A stretch of DNA of 64,000 bases from Candidatus Atelocyanobacterium thalassae. GTDB taxonomy: Bacteria > Cyanobacteriota > Cyanobacteriia > Cyanobacteriales > Microcystaceae. Both the position numbers and the translations under genes were made by a program. Shown here in pieces: positions 1 to 10,957 of the stretch (positions within the stretch are counted from its first letter, which is position 1; each line of letters opens with the position of its first letter). Below the pieces are notes generated by a model. It was not told the origin of the DNA and did no database searches. It saw nothing but the letters and a program-made list of their open reading frames with translations. Location of the stretch: assembly GCA_051971635.1 (NCBI GenBank), contig JBFPLN010000001.1, positions 96,001-160,000 on the forward strand. The letters are read 5' to 3'.

Positions 1-315
1 TCTTTAATTGTTAATCCTGAAGATATATCAAAAAATCTCAAAAAAATGGGATCTAGCATTCCTGGCATACGACCCGGTGAAAAAACAAAAGAATATTTAG
101 AGGGAGTTTTAAATCGTTTAACTTTACTAGGTGCTGGTTTCCTAAGCTTTGTTGCTACAGTTCCAACCTTGGTAGAAGGAGCTACTGGAGTTACAACTTT
201 TAGAGGTTTAGGAGCTACTTCATTACTGATATTGGTAGGTGTTGCTATTGATACGGCAAAACAAATTCAAACCTATGTAATTTCTCAACGTTATGAGGGG
301 ATGGTCAAACAATAG
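1..315 (+). CDS. secY: Preprotein translocase SecY, C-terminal part (truncated by window start)
   Basis: Frame open from base 1 ([29 protein letters not shown]...[15 protein letters not shown]...YEGMVKQ), the SecY C-terminus; precedes adk-infA. Confidence 0.97.
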   Translation, partial: SLIVNPEDISKNLKKMGSSIPGIRPGEKTKEYLEGVLNRLTLLGAGFLSFVATVPTLVEGATGVTTFRGLGATSLLILVGVAIDTAKQIQTYVISQRYEGMVKQ

Positions 316-392
316 GAAAACATAAAAAATTTTAGTATTTTTTACCTATCAATTAACCACTTAAATATGCAAAAAAAATTATCAAGAAGATT

Positions 393-974
393 ATGAGTAC
401 AGGAAAAGGGTTGATTTTTTTAGGTCCTCCCGGTTCTGGAAAAGGAACCCAAGCTCAAAAACTATCAGCAGAATTTAACATTCCTCATATTTCTACTGGA
501 GAAATGTTGAGACAGGCTATTACTAATCAAACAAGTCTGGGACAAGAAGCCCAATCTTATGTTGATAAAGGAGAATTAGTACCTGATAAATTATTATTAG
601 GCTTAATTCAAGAACGATTAAACCAACAAGATGCACAGAAAGGGTGGATTTTAGATGGGTTTCCTCGTAATATTTTTCAAGCAGAGTTTTTAGATACGTT
701 ACTTAAGAAACTCAGTAAATTTTCAGAACAATCAGTCAATCTGGAAGTTCCCGATGAGGTAATTGTAGAGCGTTTACTACTTAGAGGAAGAAAAGATGAT
801 AGCGAAAAAACTATCCGTCGACGTCTAGAAGTTTATAGGGAAAAAACTCAGCTTGTATTAGATTATTATCGTCAAAATAAAAGACTTGTTTCCATTGATG
901 GTAATCTTAAACCAGACAGAGTGGCAATTATATTAAAAAATACACTTACTTCTGGATTGACTAAAATTTTCTAA
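393..974 (+). CDS. adk: Adenylate kinase (short-LID type)
   Basis: P-loop GPPGSGKGTQA, HISTGEMLR, GWILDGFPR; position after secY. Confidence 0.97.
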   Translation: MSTGKGLIFLGPPGSGKGTQAQKLSAEFNIPHISTGEMLRQAITNQTSLGQEAQSYVDKGELVPDKLLLGLIQERLNQQDAQKGWILDGFPRNIFQAEFLDTLLKKLSKFSEQSVNLEVPDEVIVERLLLRGRKDDSEKTIRRRLEVYREKTQLVLDYYRQNKRLVSIDGNLKPDRVAIILKNTLTSGLTKIF

Positions 975-1075
975 ATATCAAAACTATAGATAAGTTAGAT
1001 TACATCTAAAATAATCATTTTTCAGGAACAAGTTATTAACCTTTTTGCGTTGTACTTATTTGAGGCATAGTAATC

Positions 1076-1303
1076 GTGTCAAAACAAGATTTAATTGAGA
1101 TGGAAGGGACAGTGACAGAGTCTCTTCCGAATGCGATGTTTAGAGTAGATTTGGATAATGGGTTTAATGTATTAGCCCATATTTCTGGAAAAATTCGTCG
1201 AAATTATATTAAAATTCTACCGGGAGATAGGGTTAAAGTTGAACTTACCCCCTATGATTTAACTAAAGGTAGAATCACCTATCGGCTTAAAGGTAAAAAG
1301 TAA
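1076..1303 (+). CDS. infA: Translation initiation factor IF-1 (GTG start)
   Basis: [13 protein letters not shown]...[33 protein letters not shown]. Confidence 0.98.
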   Translation: MSKQDLIEMEGTVTESLPNAMFRVDLDNGFNVLAHISGKIRRNYIKILPGDRVKVELTPYDLTKGRITYRLKGKK

Positions 1304-1408
1304 AAAATTAGTAACCCTGATTTTTACTATTTATCTTATTTAATAAGCTGACAAAAGAAGAGATACCTTGATATAATAAAAGGCTTGCAGTCTTGCTGTT
1401 AAAAACTC

Positions 1409-1522
1409 ATGAAAGTTAGACCATCCGTTAAAAGAATGTGCGAAAAATGTCGCGTAATTAAGCGACGAGGCAAAGTAATGGTACTTTGTATCAATCCAAA
1501 ACATAAACAACGTCAAGGTTAG
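1409..1522 (+). CDS. rpmJ: 50S ribosomal protein L36 (37 aa, not in ORF track)
   Basis: Manual translation [37 protein letters not shown]; zinc-ribbon C/C/C/H; between infA and rpsM. Confidence 0.97.
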   Translation: MKVRPSVKRMCEKCRVIKRRGKVMVLCINPKHKQRQG

Positions 1523-1584
1523 AAAGCTAATGTAATAGCTTATTGATCTGTTGTATGTACAAAAATGCTTAGAGGACAAAAAAA

Positions 1585-1968
1585 TTGGCAAGGATATCTG
1601 GTGTTGATTTACCAAGAGATAAGAGAATCGAGATTGGACTAACTTACCTATTTGGTATTGGTTTATCAAGATCTCAAAAAATATTAGCCGAAACAGGTGT
1701 AAATCCTGATATTCGTGTACGAGACTTGAGCGATGAAGATCTTACTTCCCTTAGAACCTACATTGATGAAAACTTTCAAATTGAAGGTGATTTGAGACGT
1801 TGGGAAGCTATGAACATAAAACGATTAGCAGATATCGGTACCTATAGAGGTCGTCGTCATCGCCAAGGACTTCCTGTTCGAGGACAACGAACAAGAACTA
1901 ATGGACGTACTCGTCGCGGAAGACGGGTTACTGTAGCAGGTAAGAAAAAAGCTCCTGCTAAGAAATAA
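1585..1968 (+). CDS. rpsM: 30S ribosomal protein S13 (TTG start)
   Basis: ARISGVDLP...[20 protein letters not shown]. Confidence 0.98.
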   Translation: MARISGVDLPRDKRIEIGLTYLFGIGLSRSQKILAETGVNPDIRVRDLSDEDLTSLRTYIDENFQIEGDLRRWEAMNIKRLADIGTYRGRRHRQGLPVRGQRTRTNGRTRRGRRVTVAGKKKAPAKK

Positions 1969-2014
1969 TTAACGTTTATTTGTAATTTAAGTTACACAAA
2001 ATCTTAGTAAAACT

Positions 2015-2407
2015 ATGGCACGACCAACTAAAAAAGGTGGACCAAAAAAACAGAAGAAGAACGTCCCTAATGGCGTTGCTCACATAAAGTCGACGTTTAA
2101 CAACACAATTGTAACAATTTCGGATACCAAAGGAGATGTTATCTCATGGTCATCTGCAGGAGCTAGTGGTTTTAAAGGAGCCAAAAAAGGAACTCCTTTT
2201 GCTGCTCAAACTGCAGCTGATTCCGCTGCTCGGCGTGCCATTGATAATGGAATGCGGCAAATAGAGGTTATGGTTAGTGGACCTGGTGCTGGTAGAGAAA
2301 CTGCTATAAGGGCACTTCAAGGATCAGGATTAGAAATTACGTTAATCAGAGACGTTACACCCATTCCTCATAATGGTTGTCGTCCTCCTAAGCGACGTCG
2401 TGTTTAA
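2015..2407 (+). CDS. rpsK: 30S ribosomal protein S11
   Basis: [13 protein letters not shown]...[13 protein letters not shown]...[18 protein letters not shown]. Confidence 0.98.
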   Translation: MARPTKKGGPKKQKKNVPNGVAHIKSTFNNTIVTISDTKGDVISWSSAGASGFKGAKKGTPFAAQTAADSAARRAIDNGMRQIEVMVSGPGAGRETAIRALQGSGLEITLIRDVTPIPHNGCRPPKRRRV

Positions 2408-2513
2408 TCTAGTCGGATTTATTTAAACTAAATACTTATAATTTAATAAATCGATGACTAATAGAAATATACGTTTGGACGAAGTATTTGACAATGAAAA
2501 GAGGTGACAAACA

Positions 2514-3458
2514 ATGGCACAATTTCAAATTGAATGTGTAGAGTCTAAGACTCAAAAAAATCAAAGTCAATACAGTAGATTTGTTCTTGAGCCATTGGAA
2601 AGAGGTCAAGGGACAACTGTGGGTAATGCTCTCAGAAGAGTTTTATTGGCAAACTTGGAAGGAACGGCAGTTACTGCCATAAGAATTGGCGGAGTGAATC
2701 ATGAATTTGCTACAATACCAGGGGTTAGAGAAGATGTCCTAGAAATCATATTAAATATGAAGGAAATTGTTCTTAAAAGCCATACTGAGCAAATCCAAAT
2801 AGGTCGTTTAGTTGCCGTAGGTGCAGCTCATGTAACAGCGGCACAGTTTGATTTACCTTCAGAAGTAGAAGTCATTAATCCTACTCAACCTATTGCAACT
2901 TTAACAGACGGTGCAAAACTTGAAATGGAGTTTCGCATTGAAAAAGGAATGGGTTATGTACCAGTAGAGAAAGGGAAAGAAAAACAAGGAGCACTTGATT
3001 TCTTGCAGATTGATGCTGTTTTCATGCCAGTTACAAAAGTTAACTATAGTGTAGAAAATATCAGGGGAGAAAAGGGTGACGTAAAAGATTCTTTAATGCT
3101 TGAAATCTGGACCAATGGTAGTGTTAGTCCAAAAGAAGCTTTATCTCAAGCAACTGAAGTTTTAGTTAACTTGTTTAGTCCTCTGAAAAATATTAATCAG
3201 CTTGAGGCTGCTGTTCCTGAGTATCAGGATGAAGAAAATCCTCAAAGCCAAATTCCTATTGAAGAATTGCAGTTATCAGTACGGGCTTATAATTGCTTAA
3301 AAAGAGCACAAATAAATACAGTTGCTGATCTATTAGATTATAGCCAAGAAGATTTACTAGAAATCAAAAACTTTGGCCAAAAGTCTGCTGAGGAGGTAAT
3401 TGAAGCTCTTCAAAAACGATTGGGAATTACTTTAGCACAAGAAAAAAACAAGGCTTAG
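2514..3458 (+). CDS. rpoA: RNA polymerase alpha subunit
   Basis: LEPLERGQGTTVGNALRRVLL; alpha-CTD IEELQLSVRAYNCLKRA. Confidence 0.98.
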   Translation: MAQFQIECVESKTQKNQSQYSRFVLEPLERGQGTTVGNALRRVLLANLEGTAVTAIRIGGVNHEFATIPGVREDVLEIILNMKEIVLKSHTEQIQIGRLVAVGAAHVTAAQFDLPSEVEVINPTQPIATLTDGAKLEMEFRIEKGMGYVPVEKGKEKQGALDFLQIDAVFMPVTKVNYSVENIRGEKGDVKDSLMLEIWTNGSVSPKEALSQATEVLVNLFSPLKNINQLEAAVPEYQDEENPQSQIPIEELQLSVRAYNCLKRAQINTVADLLDYSQEDLLEIKNFGQKSAEEVIEALQKRLGITLAQEKNKA

Positions 3459-3533
3459 TAGGTCATGAATAATTAATCATTACTACTAGTCTATAAATGT
3501 TACTTTTTTATCATATTAAGGAGACGTAACAAA

Positions 3534-3884
3534 ATGCGACATCGGTGCCGCGTACCACATTTAGGTAAACCTGCTGATCAACGGAAAGCCTTATTAAGAT
3601 CACTTGCAACAGAATTAATTCGTCATGGACAAATTAAAACAACCAAAGTTCGTGCTAAGGCAGTACGGTCTGAAGTAGAAAAAATGATTACTTTAGCCAA
3701 GGATGGATCATTATCAGCTAGACGTAAAGCGATAAGTTATCTTTTTGATAAACAATTAGTTCATGCTCTATTCGCCGATGCATCAACTCGCTATGGAGAA
3801 CGTCCTGGAGGATATACGAGAATTGTCCGTACTTTACGCCGTCGTGGAGATAATGCTGAAATGGCCATTATTGAATTAATGTGA
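3534..3884 (+). CDS. rplQ: 50S ribosomal protein L17
   Basis: [24 protein letters not shown]...GGYTRI...[13 protein letters not shown]. Confidence 0.98.
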   Translation: MRHRCRVPHLGKPADQRKALLRSLATELIRHGQIKTTKVRAKAVRSEVEKMITLAKDGSLSARRKAISYLFDKQLVHALFADASTRYGERPGGYTRIVRTLRRRGDNAEMAIIELM

Positions 3885-3915
3885 TTTTTAGTTTAAATAG
3901 GATTGCAAATATTGA

Positions 3916-4761
3916 ATGAGCATTTCTAATAAACAGTCGCAACCAACAAAAAGGATAGCTCTGATAATCCAATATTCGGGAAATCGCTTTCATGGTTGGC
4001 AAAGACAGCCTTATCATAGAACTGTTCAAGAAGATCTTGAAAATACTATTACTAAATCACTCGGTTATGAAGTTTCCATCCATGGTGCTGGTCGTACTGA
4101 TGCAGGAGTTCATGCTACTGCACAGGTAGCTCATTTTGATTACGTAGGACCAATCCCACCAAAAAGATTAGCAAAAGTTCTAAATCGATACTTACCAGAA
4201 GATATCTTAATTCGTAATTCAGAAGAAGTTCCTATTGACTGGCATGCTAGATTCTCAGCTCAATGGCGTCGTTATCGATACACATTGTATACCAACAAAA
4301 ATTCTAATTTATTTACTAAGTCTTTTAGTTGGCATTATTATCGTTATCCTCTGAAAGTGAAATTAATGTTGGATGCTCTAACATCATTATTGGGGACACA
4401 TCATTTAACTGCTTTTCAAAAAAAGGGTTCCCAGCGTACTCATTCTTGGGTAGAAATTCAAGATGTAGAGTGCTACCGTAAAGGAGCTTTTATTCATATA
4501 GAGATTCAAGCGAATGGATTCCTATATGGAATGGTAAGATTACTAATAGGGATGCTAGTAGAAGTAGGAATTGGTAAACTTTCTTTAACTAATTTTAATC
4601 AAATCTGGCGTAATCAAAAGCGCGAACATGTACGGCATTCTGCTCCAGCTAACGGACTATGTTTATTAGGAGTAGGTTATCCAGAATTTTCATTTTCGTC
4701 AAATTTATATTTAGATGCTCAGCCATTATTTGAAACTAGTCAAATAATTTGTGAGAATTAA
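3916..4761 (+). CDS. truA: tRNA pseudouridine(38-40) synthase
   Basis: FHGWQRQ, GAGRTDAGVHA, FLYGMVR motifs. Confidence 0.96.
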   Translation: MSISNKQSQPTKRIALIIQYSGNRFHGWQRQPYHRTVQEDLENTITKSLGYEVSIHGAGRTDAGVHATAQVAHFDYVGPIPPKRLAKVLNRYLPEDILIRNSEEVPIDWHARFSAQWRRYRYTLYTNKNSNLFTKSFSWHYYRYPLKVKLMLDALTSLLGTHHLTAFQKKGSQRTHSWVEIQDVECYRKGAFIHIEIQANGFLYGMVRLLIGMLVEVGIGKLSLTNFNQIWRNQKREHVRHSAPANGLCLLGVGYPEFSFSSNLYLDAQPLFETSQIICEN

Positions 4762-4843
4762 ATTTCTAACAATATATCTAATGGAAAATATCATGTCTAT
4801 TAAAAAAGATAACCTGAATATTAATTAATATCTAACATTATTT

Positions 4844-5299
4844 ATGAACAAAACAATTACACCATCACCAGCAATACTTGAGCAGAAATGGTATGTTATT
4901 GATGCTAAGCACCAACGCTTAGGACGCCTTGCTTGCGAAATTGCCAAAATTTTAAGAGGTAAGAAGAAACCAACTTATACACCTCATATGGATACCGGAG
5001 ACTTTATTATTGTAATCAATGCAGAAAAAGTTGAGGTTACTGGCCGAAAAAGTCATCAAAAATTATACCGCCGTCATTCTGGTAGACCCGGAGGTATGAA
5101 AGTTGAAACCTTCGAAAAACTACTTAAGAGAATCCCAGAGAGAATTCTTGAAAAAGCTGTAAAAGGGATGTTGCCTAAAAATACTTTAGGGCGTCAATTA
5201 TTCACAAAATTGAAAGTTTACGCTGGTCCTAACCATCCTCATCAAGCACAAAAACCAGAAGAACTAATTCTGAATACTATTCCAAATGGAGATCGATAA
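4844..5299 (+). CDS. rplM: 50S ribosomal protein L13
   Basis: [30 protein letters not shown]. Confidence 0.98.
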   Translation: MNKTITPSPAILEQKWYVIDAKHQRLGRLACEIAKILRGKKKPTYTPHMDTGDFIIVINAEKVEVTGRKSHQKLYRRHSGRPGGMKVETFEKLLKRIPERILEKAVKGMLPKNTLGRQLFTKLKVYAGPNHPHQAQKPEELILNTIPNGDR

Positions 5300-5715
5300 T
5301 GTTAACTACTGAAGAGAATAAAGACAAAGCTATTTACTGGGGTACTGGCCGCCGTAAATCATCAATCGCGAGAGTTCGTCTAGTTCCAGGAACAGGAGAA
5401 ATTAAAGTTAATAAAAAAGAAGGCAATCTATATTTCAACCAAATTGCTGATTATATACAAGTCATCAAAGCACCTTTAGAGAAACTAGGATTAGACAAAG
5501 AATATGATATTCTGGTCAATGCCCATGGTGGAGGATTAACAGGACAGGCAGATGCAGTCAAATTAGGCGTAGCAAGAGCATTATGTGAATTAAATCCAGA
5601 AAACCGACCAACATTAAAGGCGGAAGGATATTTAACAAGGGATCCTCGTGCTAAAGAACGTAAGAAATATGGTTTACATAAAGCACGTAAAGCTCCTCAA
5701 TATTCTAAACGTTAA
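5299..5715 (+). CDS. rpsI: 30S ribosomal protein S9 (TAATG overlap with rplM)
   Basis: [41 protein letters not shown]. Confidence 0.98.
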   Translation: MLTTEENKDKAIYWGTGRRKSSIARVRLVPGTGEIKVNKKEGNLYFNQIADYIQVIKAPLEKLGLDKEYDILVNAHGGGLTGQADAVKLGVARALCELNPENRPTLKAEGYLTRDPRAKERKKYGLHKARKAPQYSKR

Positions 5716-5773
5716 CCCGAGTAATTTTTATTATCGTAAATAACACGAAATACCTTATAAGGAGATACGAAAA

Positions 5774-6028
5774 ATGTCAAAGCCTAATATTCACCCAACT
5801 TGGTATCCTGAAGCAAAAGTAACTTGTAACGGCGAAGTTGTAATGACTGTAGGATCAACTCGTCCTGAAATCAATGTTGAAGTATGGTCGGGTAATCACC
5901 CTTTTTATACGGGTACTCAAAAAATTATCGATACGGAAGGAAGAGTAGATCGCTTCCAAAAACGATATGCCATGATTGGTAAAAAAGCTAGTAAGGAAAC
6001 CTCAGAGTCAGATAGTGCGACAAAATAG
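5774..6028 (+). CDS. rpmE: 50S ribosomal protein L31
   Basis: IHPTWY...[25 protein letters not shown]. Confidence 0.96.
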   Translation: MSKPNIHPTWYPEAKVTCNGEVVMTVGSTRPEINVEVWSGNHPFYTGTQKIIDTEGRVDRFQKRYAMIGKKASKETSESDSATK

Positions 6029-6045
6029 CAGCCACTATAAAATTT

Positions 6046-6078
6046 AGAACCCAGCAGTCTACTGCTGGGTTCTCTTTA
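6046..6078 (+). terminator. Intrinsic terminator/processing hairpin after rpmE
   Basis: AGAACCCAGCAG-TCTA-CTGCTGGGTTCT perfect 12-bp stem followed by CTTTA. Confidence 0.7.
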
Positions 6079-6119
6079 TCTATAAAATAATAAAATAAGA
6101 ATACATTATAAAAAATACT

Positions 6120-7223
6120 ATGGCTGAATCATATTTATTAAATAAATTACATTCTGTTGAACTAACTTTTAATGAATTAACTCGTCGTTTAGCTGATCCT
6201 AGTATAGCTACAGACCCAAGTGAATTACAAAAAGTTGCAAAAGCACGTTCCTCTTTGGAAGAAACAGTGTGCACATATGAAAAGTGGAAACAAGCTGAGA
6301 AAGAACTTTTAGAAACAAGACAGATTATGAAAGATGCCGGGGGAGATCACGAAATGAAAGAAATGGCATCTATAGAGGCTAAAGAATTAGAAGTAAGACT
6401 AAATAACCTAGAAAAGTTAATGAAAATCCTTTTACTTCCTCGTGATCCTAATGATGATAAAAATATTATGTTAGAAATTAGAGCAGGTACTGGAGGAGAT
6501 GAGGCAAGTATTTGGGCTGGTGATTTAGCAAGAATGTATTCACGCTTTGCAGAATCTCAAAAATGGGGAGTTAAATTAGTAAATGAATCTATTGCTGATA
6601 TGGGTGGTATTAAGGAAACTATACTTGAGATAACTGGGGATAAAGTTTATAGCAAGTTAAAATTTGAAGCAGGGGTCCACAGAGTACAAAGAGTTCCAGT
6701 GACGGAAGCCGGCGGTAGAGTCCATACCTCAACGGCAACAGTGGCTATTATGCCAGAGGTAGATGAAGTAGAAGTAGAGATTGATGCAAAAGATATAGAT
6801 ATAAGTACAGCTCGCTCTGGAGGTGCTGGAGGACAAAATGTTAATAAAGTTGAGACGGCTGTCGATTTATTTCATAAGCCTACAGGTATTAGAATTTTTT
6901 GTACTGAAGAAAGATCACAGTTGCAAAATAGAGAAAGAGCTATGCAGATTCTAAGAGCAAAATTATATGAAACTAAACTACGAGAGCAACAAGAAGAAAT
7001 AAGTTCAATGAGAAAATCTCAAGTAGGTACAGGCTCAAGATCTGAAAAAATTCGTACCTATAACTACAAGGATAATAGAGTAACAGATCACCGATTAGGA
7101 CAAAATTTTGCTTTATCAGGAATTTTAGAAGGTGATATTGATATTTTAATAGAATCATGCATATCTCAAGATCAACAAGAACGCTTATTAGAGCTAGCAG
7201 ATTCTTCAGAAATGACAGAATAA
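6120..7223 (+). CDS. prfA: Peptide chain release factor 1
   Basis: [14 protein letters not shown] recognition motif ([10 protein letters not shown]), GGQ motif ([11 protein letters not shown]). Confidence 0.97.
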   Translation: MAESYLLNKLHSVELTFNELTRRLADPSIATDPSELQKVAKARSSLEETVCTYEKWKQAEKELLETRQIMKDAGGDHEMKEMASIEAKELEVRLNNLEKLMKILLLPRDPNDDKNIMLEIRAGTGGDEASIWAGDLARMYSRFAESQKWGVKLVNESIADMGGIKETILEITGDKVYSKLKFEAGVHRVQRVPVTEAGGRVHTSTATVAIMPEVDEVEVEIDAKDIDISTARSGGAGGQNVNKVETAVDLFHKPTGIRIFCTEERSQLQNRERAMQILRAKLYETKLREQQEEISSMRKSQVGTGSRSEKIRTYNYKDNRVTDHRLGQNFALSGILEGDIDILIESCISQDQQERLLELADSSEMTE

Positions 7224-7347
7224 TAAATTCACTTATATTTTCACACAGTCAATTAATATTTGTTTTTATTATTCAAAATAGATAAAAAACATAATGGTAG
7301 TTTGAGCTATACATTATATAATTTATAGTTAAATATATTACTGTTAG

Positions 7348-8415
7348 CTATTTATTATTTTGATAATATTCATGAGTCAAAAACGGCACTTGAAAAAGTT
7401 CTCCCTTCGTATCATTTATTCTAACCTGTAGATTCTCCTTTCCTATCTTTGCTTTAATATAAGCTAAACCCCAAAAATCTTTGTTTATTTGAACACAACT
7501 TGTCAAAGCTCCAATCTTATTTCCGTCCACAAATATAGGAGTAGGCACGTCAAGTAGTTGAGTTAACTTTATACCCCATAAATATTGCTTTACGCCACGA
7601 TAAGTATTTAGCCTTGCTATAGTTTCTTGACCAATATAACAGCCTTTATTAAAGGAAATTTTAGACCATAAACCTGCTTCTAAAGGATTATAAGTCTCAG
7701 TTAATTCATTCTCAGGAAATGGTCTCCCCTGACGGATCCTCAGTTTCTCCCATACATCAAGACTAGTAGGTAAAAAATCATATTCTATGAGTTCTTTGAA
7801 AATATTGTCAGAATAGCTTTTAGGTACAATCATTGTACATCCAGGAAGAGCTAAGCCATTGTCCAAAGTGACTATTATAGTATTATTTTCTATTGTTAGG
7901 ATATCTTGATTATCAAGATGAGAATCAAATATTTTTTTAAGATCACAATTCCATGCCTGTAGTTTTTGAACCACTTGAGGACCAACTAGACTAAAAATAG
8001 TATTTTCATGAGAAATATCTATTAATTGTACTTTGTCCATTGGGAAGATATAGCGTTCCATCCAATCTAAAAGAAGAGAGCGCCTATTTGGAGAAACTAA
8101 TAATAGGATTTCATTTTCCATTACGTAAACAGTAGCTAGATCTAAAGTTCTCCCAGTAGAATTTATGAAGACAGTCTCACATAGTTGTTTTGGCTTGAGG
8201 TCTTTAATATTATTAGTAGACAGATTATGTAAAAAATTTAATCTATCTTTCCCAGTAAGTTTTAATAGTCCCCAATGACTCATATCAATTACCACTGCGT
8301 CACTGTATGCTTCTTCAAAAGCATAATATTCACTTTTAAAATCTTTAACTACACTTTCTTCTTTAATGACAGAATAATCAATATCTTCTTGGAAACTACT
8401 TAATTTTTGTAGCAT
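7348..8415 (-). CDS. ygfZ: Folate-binding Fe-S cluster repair protein YgfZ (GcvT family)
   Basis: Signature SFNKGCYIGQETIARL. Confidence 0.9.
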   Translation of the reverse strand: MLQKLSSFQEDIDYSVIKEESVVKDFKSEYYAFEEAYSDAVVIDMSHWGLLKLTGKDRLNFLHNLSTNNIKDLKPKQLCETVFINSTGRTLDLATVYVMENEILLLVSPNRRSLLLDWMERYIFPMDKVQLIDISHENTIFSLVGPQVVQKLQAWNCDLKKIFDSHLDNQDILTIENNTIIVTLDNGLALPGCTMIVPKSYSDNIFKELIEYDFLPTSLDVWEKLRIRQGRPFPENELTETYNPLEAGLWSKISFNKGCYIGQETIARLNTYRGVKQYLWGIKLTQLLDVPTPIFVDGNKIGALTSCVQINKDFWGLAYIKAKIGKENLQVRINDTKGELFQVPFLTHEYYQNNK

Positions 8416-8605
8416 AATTAATATTTTTATTATAAGTTTAATACATTACTAAACTTTCTTCAGAATAATATAAGTCTAGTATTGTCTACATATCTGTTTA
8501 ATTATTTAAACAGACTCATACAAGTTGGATTTTTAAATATGTAAGCCGTACATAACATCAAATTTAATAGTTAAGTATTAAATAAAATTGATCGTTTTTC
8601 TGAGT

Positions 8606-9373
8606 CTAAGGCATCCATTCTAACAAGATACTTACTTGGCTATCTTTTTTTACTCGAGAGTTTTGTTTTTTAACTTCGGTTAATAAACGCATATTTGATG
8701 TTACTGCATAACCGAAAGATAAGTTAATGACTCCTACTTCCTCTGCACTTCCAGGAGACAAAAATGTTTGAGTTATTGAAATATCAGATGCTCCAGATCT
8801 AGATAAAGCAAGAATTAATTTTCCTCCAATATTTAGACCATCTTCACTGTAATTATTTGTACTGATAGTTTTATAACCCAACACCGGAGTAACATTGAAG
8901 TAGTATCCTAGAGGCAATAAATAATATTGTAAATTTATACTTCCTGCATCTCTTTTTGTAAAAGAAGTTTGATAATTTCCACTAATACTGAATCCTTTCT
9001 TTCCTAAAAAAACATCTTCAGCTCTAATAATAAGGCCACCAATATGTTGATTGGATGGAAATTCCGTATAGCCTAATCCAATACGAGTTTTAAAACTAGG
9101 AGTATGTTTAATTTCTTCTAGAATATTTGGAATTTTTCGAGTCCATCGTTGTAAAACTTTACTACTATTAACTATTTCTGAAGATAGATCAAGAGATTGA
9201 TCAATTGAATTATTAGAGTCAGAATAAATAGTTTGGCCGTAAATTTTTTTGTTTAATGAACTAAATAGTATTAAAGAAGTAATGATAATGAAGGAATTAA
9301 ATTTAAATAATATTTTATTGTTACTCATAATCAAATAAATATTATTCGCTAAGTCAAATCTAGAATTACACAT
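8606..9373 (-). CDS. Cyanobacterial hypothetical exported protein, possible beta-barrel
   Basis: N-terminal hydrophobic signal, alternating beta-strand-like segments, aromatic near C-terminus (LLEWMP); start uncertain. Confidence 0.55.
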   Translation of the reverse strand: MCNSRFDLANNIYLIMSNNKILFKFNSFIIITSLILFSSLNKKIYGQTIYSDSNNSIDQSLDLSSEIVNSSKVLQRWTRKIPNILEEIKHTPSFKTRIGLGYTEFPSNQHIGGLIIRAEDVFLGKKGFSISGNYQTSFTKRDAGSINLQYYLLPLGYYFNVTPVLGYKTISTNNYSEDGLNIGGKLILALSRSGASDISITQTFLSPGSAEEVGVINLSFGYAVTSNMRLLTEVKKQNSRVKKDSQVSILLEWMP

Positions 9374-9388
9374 TTTAAATCCAAATAT

Positions 9389-9868
9389 TTAATTTAAATA
9401 TTTAATCAAATCAAATGAAAAATCACCAACTGTTGTCAAAATAATTTGGCGATTCATATCATCAATATAGAAAAAATCTATCTTTAAATAGCTAAGAGGA
9501 AGAAAAGGTAGTCTTTCTGGCCATTCAATTATAGTTATACCAGGTGTAATATCTTTCTTTTCCCAATATTGTTCTATAAATGAATCTTCCACCATATTTT
9601 TTTCAGTTCTATACAAATCAAGATGATAAAGAGGTAGGCAGCCTTGGTAGTATTCATTAATGAGAATAAAAGTAGGGCTAACAATAGAATCTGCAATACC
9701 TAGCCCTTTACCTATCCCTTGAACAAAAGTAGTTTTACCTGTTCCTAGATCACCTTTTAATAGTAACGTACTATTTTCAGGTAGTATTTTTCCTAATTGC
9801 TCACCGAAGTCTAAAGTTCTTTGATAACTATGTAAGACTATAGATTTATGGTTAATTTTTTTTCCCAT
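9389..9868 (-). CDS. tsaE: tRNA t6A biosynthesis ATPase TsaE
   Basis: LKGDLGTGKTTF, SPTF, YHLDLYR, IIEWPE. Confidence 0.95.
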   Translation of the reverse strand: MGKKINHKSIVLHSYQRTLDFGEQLGKILPENSTLLLKGDLGTGKTTFVQGIGKGLGIADSIVSPTFILINEYYQGCLPLYHLDLYRTEKNMVEDSFIEQYWEKKDITPGITIIEWPERLPFLPLSYLKIDFFYIDDMNRQIILTTVGDFSFDLIKYLN

Positions 9869-9874
9869 ATAAAT

Positions 9875-10843
9875 TTAACCAGTAGACTTTAATTTTATTG
9901 ATTTATTTTGTTCAATATGTCTCGGTATACTACATGTCATGAAATCACGAGCAAGAATAGTGTCTGGAAAAATAGCTTGTGCTTCACTCAGTAAATCATT
10001 TAATTGTAAATTATTTCCTGGCGCGTAACGAGGGCTAAAGTGAGTAAGTATCAACTTTTTAACTTTTGCACCTAAAGCAACTTGCGCAGCCATTGTTGAA
10101 GTAGAATGTAAACGCTCAAATGCAAGTTGAGAATCCTGATGAGCAAATGTTGCTTCATGAATTAAGATATCAGCATTCTCAGCTAACTCAATTGCTTCTT
10201 CACAAAAAATTGTATCTGTACAATAAATTAGTTTACGTCCCTTTTCTGTCTTGCCACACAAATCTTGTCCTCTGATTAAGCGACCATCATCTAATTTAAT
10301 TGTTTTTCCTTGCTTTAGTTCACCATAGATTGGTCCAGAAGGAATACCTAGAGAAGCAGCTTTCCTGACATCAAAACGTCCAGGACGATCCTTCTCCATA
10401 ACACAGTAACCATGAGCTGGTATGCGATGTTTTAATAATCTACAACTAACAATAAATTCATTATCTTCATAAAGAATTCCTGAACTAATTTCATTAACAC
10501 GAATACCATATGGCAATTTGAAATGAGAATATTGTGCACAAGATTTTAAATAATTATCTAATTCTTGAGGACCATAGATTTCAATAGGCTGTCGACTTCC
10601 TGCTAAATTACAGCTAGCTATTAATCCCATCAGGCCATAAATATGGTCTCCATGCATATGAGTAATAAAAATTTTAGTTATTTGAGAAGCCTTAACATCA
10701 CTCCGCGATAATTGATGCTGAGTTCCCTCTCCGCAGTCAAATAACCAAACTTCTCCTCTTTGAGGAAGGCGCAAAGCTACGCTTGAGACATTCCGTGATC
10801 GGGTTGGCACACCAGAACTAGTTCCTAAAAAGGTTATCTCCAC
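9875..10843 (-). CDS. rnz: Ribonuclease Z (GTG start)
   Basis: FLGTSSGVP, FDCGEGTQ, THMHGDH, HEATF, LTHFSPRY. Confidence 0.97.
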   Translation of the reverse strand: MEITFLGTSSGVPTRSRNVSSVALRLPQRGEVWLFDCGEGTQHQLSRSDVKASQITKIFITHMHGDHIYGLMGLIASCNLAGSRQPIEIYGPQELDNYLKSCAQYSHFKLPYGIRVNEISSGILYEDNEFIVSCRLLKHRIPAHGYCVMEKDRPGRFDVRKAASLGIPSGPIYGELKQGKTIKLDDGRLIRGQDLCGKTEKGRKLIYCTDTIFCEEAIELAENADILIHEATFAHQDSQLAFERLHSTSTMAAQVALGAKVKKLILTHFSPRYAPGNNLQLNDLLSEAQAIFPDTILARDFMTCSIPRHIEQNKSIKLKSTG

Positions 10844-10957
10844 AGTTAGTTTGTATTATTTATATACTCCTATTAATGTTACATAGTAAAATCAAAAAAA
10901 GAACAAATTCTTAAAAAAATTATGCATACTAAATTCTTAAGTATGAATTATTTATGT

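Noticed and set aside
1340..1669. 109-aa minus-strand ORF
   Set aside because: Antisense shadow of rpmJ and rpsM
2408..2513. Absence of rpsD between rpsK and rpoA
   Set aside because: Normal for cyanobacteria
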